DNA of 43,699 nt, from contig JADIIX010000078.1 of NCBI GenBank assembly GCA_027604505.1, positions 62,001-105,699 of the forward strand, read 5' to 3'. Position numbers and translations under genes: made by a program. The DNA is from Gonapodya sp. JEL0774. Taxonomy: Eukaryota. Below the pieces are notes generated by a model that saw only the letters and a program-made list of their open reading frames with translations, had not been told where the DNA came from and did no database searches. Positions 39,301 through 43,699 of this stretch are shown piece by piece. How positions within the stretch are numbered: the first letter of the stretch is position 1; every line of letters begins with the position of its first letter.

Positions 39301-40171
39301 ATCATTCATTGGAGAGGTTATCCCTCCACAGCCAGCAAACGGGTGAGCTATTATCTGTGTTAGTAAGATATTCATCTCGTTCATTCTGGACGTGGTAGCT
39401 GCCGCGCCGGATAGTGTGCGACTCTTCGCTGACTCTCTCTCGAGTAATTTGAGCCTTGTGGAATTAGACTTTTCAGGTGAGGATTGAATTTCGTTGTCGG
39501 GTTCAGAACAATACTACAAAGCGGTTTGCACACAACAGGAATGAGCATCGGTGATGCCGGAGCAATGGCCTTTTCAGCCGCGTTGCTGGAGAATTCTTCT
39601 CTGTCAACTCTCCATCTCGACTGTACGTTCAACTTGAGTAGATTCCTGCCGGATTTATTTTCAGAGTTGTTCTGTCTGAAGATAATCGAATCGGACCGGA
39701 TGGAGTGGAAGAGCTCTCCGAAATGCTTCGTTCCAACGAGACACTAAAGGAGCTCTTCCTGAATAGTGAGTAGGGCTTGCATCGTTCACCGGCAATACTG
39801 CAAGATTCCGGCAAAGTCTCATCGCCGTCAACCCAGATAATAATATCGGCTCAGTTGGAACGCATGCTTTGGCCCAAGCGTTGAAAGCGAACAAAAGTTT
39901 GTTGACACTTGATGTGCGAGATTGTTCAGTGGGACGGAGGGACGATGACTCTTCAAACGAACGAACTGGCGTCCATGACCTCGCTGACGCACTGAAAAGC
40001 AACACCACACTGCAGTCTCTTTACTGTTATGGTAAGGATTGCATTTTATGGTTCTGTGACGTCCCCTTTTATTGTTTCTCTTTAGATCACACCATCACCG
40101 AGAAACAATGGGAGTATTTGAAAGAAGCTGCCAGAGTTAAGGGTACATGTGTTGTATCGAATGGCCGTTGA
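36374..40171 (+). CDS. TKL-group protein kinase fused to C-terminal RI-type leucine-rich repeats (about 21 exons)
   Basis: GVGGYG, VAVK, NEVEVWWKLKHQNILPL, IIHTDLKPNNIL, DFG, GTGAYMPPE, DIYAFG, CW..DPEERP; then about nine 28-aa repeats of the type NxIGDxGAxALAxxLxxNxxLxxLxL. Splice phases are consistent through the whole gene. Confidence 0.85.
38626..40031 (+). repeat. LRR exon array: 84-nt exons at 38626-38709, 38771-38854, 38967-39050, 39105-39188, 39539-39622, 39682-39765
   Basis: Each exon is flanked by AG and GT, is exactly 84 nt, phase 1 at both ends, and encodes one 28-aa LRR. Confidence 0.88.
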
Positions 40172-40272
40172 TTGAAATCACATAATTATTTTGTCTGGGG
40201 TGCAAGTGACTGTATTGAATGGTGTGGAAGCTGTTTCAGTAAAAGTCACAACCCCTCTCCTCAAGCTCTGCC

Positions 40273-40935
40273 ATGCTCCGAAAAGCATTACGCTTCTCAG
40301 CTGTTGTTGCCTTGCGATCGGTTGCTTCAACGGCTGCAAACACCGCCCGACGTTCTTTTCCTCTGAGAGTGCCGAATCAGACGTCATTTCAACTCCGTCA
40401 ACACTCCCATCCTTCCCCCCTGTTTTTCCCACTCTCTTCACAATCTACGCGTCCCTTTTCCTCCTCACCCGCCACGTGCTCTGTCGATGAGCTGCTTCCG
40501 CATCGATCATCTCCCCTGCAGTCACCAGAATCCTCCGAACCCCCCAGTACATCCCGTCTGTCGGAATCTGAAACCGCCGCTTCCCTGAAGCTTCTCTCTA
40601 GTGACTCCAATCTCTACGCCATCGTGGAGATCCGGGGACGCCCGTACCACATTCACAAAAACGATGTGATTGTGCTCGACCGAGCACGGGACTTAGAGGT
40701 CGGGGATGTCGTTGTTCTGGACACTGTCACAGAAGTTGGAGGAGATAACTACGTTTTGCAGGGTCGGCCGTTCGTCAGTAACGAGTGGGTGGACATTCAC
40801 GGTGTGTGCATTGAGCACACCACTGGACAACCAATGGTTATCAAAAAGCAGAGGCGAAGAGGGCACAGGAAGGTTGTGGTGAATGAACAGCATGTAACAC
40901 TCCTTAGGGTGAGCGAGTTGGCTGTAAAAGTATAG
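40273..40935 (+). CDS. MRPL21: Mitochondrial ribosomal protein bL21m (yeast MRPL49)
   Basis: Arg/Ser-rich presequence; LYAIVEIRGRPYHIHKND...LEVGD...LQGRPFV...KKQRRR...TLLRVSEL; intronless. Confidence 0.88.
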   Translation: MLRKALRFSAVVALRSVASTAANTARRSFPLRVPNQTSFQLRQHSHPSPLFFPLSSQSTRPFSSSPATCSVDELLPHRSSPLQSPESSEPPSTSRLSESETAASLKLLSSDSNLYAIVEIRGRPYHIHKNDVIVLDRARDLEVGDVVVLDTVTEVGGDNYVLQGRPFVSNEWVDIHGVCIEHTTGQPMVIKKQRRRGHRKVVVNEQHVTLLRVSELAVKV

Positions 40936-41121
40936 GATATTACAGACTGAAGGAACCAGCTGTTATCCATGTTCAACATTCGCATGAAAGGAGAAATGTA
41001 AGCGTAACAGCAAATCAATAGCATATTACAAGAAAACGTCTATCGTGAACTTTTGGCTACAAAACTTGGGATGCAGATGTTCTTGCGAACACAAGTGGTG
41101 GGTGAGTCGGGTGGGGGCTGC

Positions 41122-42979
41122 CTACAAGTCCCCAACAAACGCAAGGCTGACGGCCTTGCCGAGCTTGCTCGACACCACCGCGTGGTCGCTACCGACCACC
41201 AAAGTGCCGTTCACAAGCTCTCCCCTCATACCGGATAGTTCAAAAGGCTTGAGACTCGGTGTGATGATAATTTTACTCTCTGCGTCCGTCACGGTGGGCA
41301 GCCCTTTAAAGCCAGCACTCAAGTTGAAAACGCCACTAAAAGGATTCAAAATCTCCACAGAGGCAGCCTGGAAGACGGACTTGACGGTGATATTCACGCC
41401 CTGGCTGTTTGTGGGGTTTGAGTTGTAAACGTTTTTCACAGTGACTCCACCAAAGACGGACGACGCGTTGAACTCCTCGCCAAAGCCAACAATAGAACCG
41501 GAGACGGTGCCAAAGACGGATTCCAGAGAAACGGGTCCATTGACTGCCGAGTTGGACACGGCAACAGAACCTTTTGGGGAGATTTTGTTACCGTGGCGCA
41601 CGTCGTGCAGTAGGACCGTCAATGCACACACCTCGTACTGAAAATGTGGAAAGGTTCACACCAGCGACCAGTCCATCGACAAAAACGCCACCGAAGACGG
41701 ATTTTACGAGGACCGTGGTGTTAACAACGACATCGGTGATGGTGATAGGAGCCAACACTGACGCTACATTGAGGGAAGAGAAATCAAAGGATTGTGCATC
41801 CTGGGCAATTTTCTGCTCGTCTGAGAATACAGCCTGAAAATTTGAGGATTTCATCTTGAGAAATGGTCGTGGAATGTGCAAAGTAACACATTCAATCCAT
41901 ACCACACCCATATTGGTGCTTGTGACATTGACGCCGACGCCTGTACCATTGAGCGAGCGAGGTACACGAACAGTGAGATTGAAAGAGATGCAACCCTGCA
42001 AGTGGAAATTATGTTGTCGTTGTCCAGCAGAACGTTCGTGACTGTGACGACGCAAATAACAGACACGTACCGGAGCAACCAGGGCAGGGGGCGGGTTGAA
42101 CTCAATGGAGAGCGTTCCGTCTGCACGAAGGGTTACGTTAGGCGGAGGGATGAGAGATGTGTTGAAGCCCGGAGGTGCCGTGATGTTTCCACTAATGGTA
42201 ACGTTGGGGAACACAAAAATGGGCTCTGGGGTGGGCTTTGGCTCTGTAGGCGGCGCCGGTGTCGGCGAGGGCTTTGGTTTCTTGGGTTTCGGAGAAGGCA
42301 GCGGTGCGGGCTCCGATGGCGGTGTGGGCACAGGAGGACGTTCGGGTGTAGGCTCGGGCATTGGAGATGGCTCTGGTTCAGGACTGGGCTCCGCGGGGGG
42401 TGCAGGCTCGGGTGCAGGAGAGGGCTTTGGTTTCTTGGGCTTCGGAGAAGGCAGCGGAGCGGGCTCCGATGGCGGTGTGGGCACAGGAGAAGGTTCTGGG
42501 GTAGGTTCCGGTTCAGAAGACGGTTCTGGTTCAAGAATGGGGTCTACGGGAGTGGGTTCTGGAGATGCCGCCTCATTGAGAAACGACTGAAGAATAAAGT
42601 CGTACGACACAACCGTGATTGTGCCAAAAATGCCATTGGGGGCGGTCACGTTTACATCCACAATGGTAATGTTTTCAACGGAAACGTCCACATCTGGGAA
42701 TGCAACGATCGTGTTGGCTGGCTCAGAGCAGCTTTCCAGGAGATTAACAAGCTCCGATGTGAGCTCCGACGCTGATGCGGAAACGATGAGATCGAGGTTT
42801 GACTCCACAGAAGAGACCAATTCGTTTACAGCGCTTTCGAATGAAATCTTTTGCGACAACGCGCCAAGTGGAGCGACGTCGAGGACGATCGGATGCTGAT
42901 TATTGCTGTGAGGAATGGGTGACGCAAAGCTGACTGCAGCGAGCAACGCGATGCTCGCAAGCGCTTCAAAAAACAACAT
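41122..42979 (-). CDS. Secreted protein with Pro/Glu/Lys-rich repeat linker and C-terminal beta-repeat (putative adhesin/DUF4097-like) region
   Basis: Signal peptide MLFFEALASIALLAAVSFAS; many N-x-S/T sites; PEP/PKP-rich tract; recurring SVFG(G/T)V units at the C-terminus; three introns inferred. Confidence 0.6.
42268..42490 (-). repeat. Direct repeat of about 70 nt, 153 nt apart, within the Pro-rich tract
   Basis: agggctttggtttcttgg(g)...ctccgatggcggtgtgggcacaggag at 42268 and 42421, encoding PVPTPPSEPAPLPSPKPKKPKPSP twice. Confidence 0.9.
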
Positions 42980-43699
42980 GGATGTGGTGGGATGAGAATT
43001 TTGGCGCCAGATAAGTGTACCAGCTCCAGAACGAAGTTGCTTCCGCATTGTGACAGGACAGGTATTCACGCATATATTACATTCCATTGCATAAAACGAA
43101 AATCGATTTACAAAATTCATATTCAGGAAAAACAAGAAATAGAACCCAAATATTCCAATATAGCACGAGTGATGATCTCTCCCTGCACGCCCGTGATGAA
43201 AGTCATGAGAGCAGGCGACAAGTGTGGGAAACACAGTGAACCTAGATGTGAAGTCGACGTGAAAGCGGCCGAGTAGGCCGAGTCTAGGGGGTGTTCATGA
43301 CCCACCTAAGTGGGAGGGAGAAGGGAAGAGCGGGCAGCCGCCAAACGAGGTGCACCGCACTGTAGGGAAACTTGACTGCCTTGTTTGCCCATTCCCGGCC
43401 TGTCAGCCATGGCATATACCAAATGCTCATATTTCATTTGAATTCGTGGGCTGGTCAGAAGTATGGGGGATGAACGATGATTTTGGTGTTTGGTTTTGAT
43501 ACACCAGGTGACTCTCACAAATTCAGGCTCTGGTCCTATATGCATTATTGAATTTACTGTCTGAAGTACTGTACCAAACCACAATGAATGAATGTGTGGG
43601 GACTGAGTCGGGTCAAAGCATATCGTTGCACAAATTTTTACTTGTCCAGTCCAAATGGCAAATGCAATTTGGAAGGTATTCTCAGCATAACCTCAAACT

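Noticed and set aside
41876..42775. Long Gly/Arg-rich plus-strand ORFs (also 11493-12152 and 6229-6862)
   Set aside because: Antisense shadows of low-complexity coding regions on the opposite strand
43000..43699. Short ORFs upstream of the secreted protein
   Set aside because: No recognisable motifs or splice-consistent model; probably promoter or intergenic DNA

Overview
Gene-dense, intron-rich eukaryotic DNA. Gene content (Ste50/Ubc2-type adaptor, Mvp1, Dep1/Sds3-like, Erv2, Abp1, DOPA-dioxygenase family, SUGP1, TKL kinase) and short introns point to an early-diverging, chytrid-like fungus; this is an inference, not a database result. I reconstructed 20 spliced protein-coding genes by hand, mostly housekeeping: NOP12 (partial), STE50-like, MVP1, SUGP1-like, DEP1/SDS3-like, ALG14 (absent from the ORF track), NOL8/NOP8, DOPA 4,5-dioxygenase-like, DUF2461, STT3, ABP1, ERV2, TMEM135, ARP2, an FAD monooxygenase, NOP53, RNase H2C, a kinase-LRR fusion, mitochondrial bL21 and a secreted Pro-rich protein. 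No rRNA, tRNA, transposon or CRISPR was seen. The strongest candidate for an undescribed system is a cytosolic non-RD TKL kinase fused to an NLRC3/NOD-like RI-type LRR array. The array is built from phase-1 84-nt one-repeat exons plus two candidate microexons, suggesting a modular sensor kinase. Also notable: a SUGP1 homologue whose G-patch lacks the MGW core, in a window with many AAG 3' splice sites. Family assignments come from remembered motifs; exon boundaries are manual and need RNA-seq.
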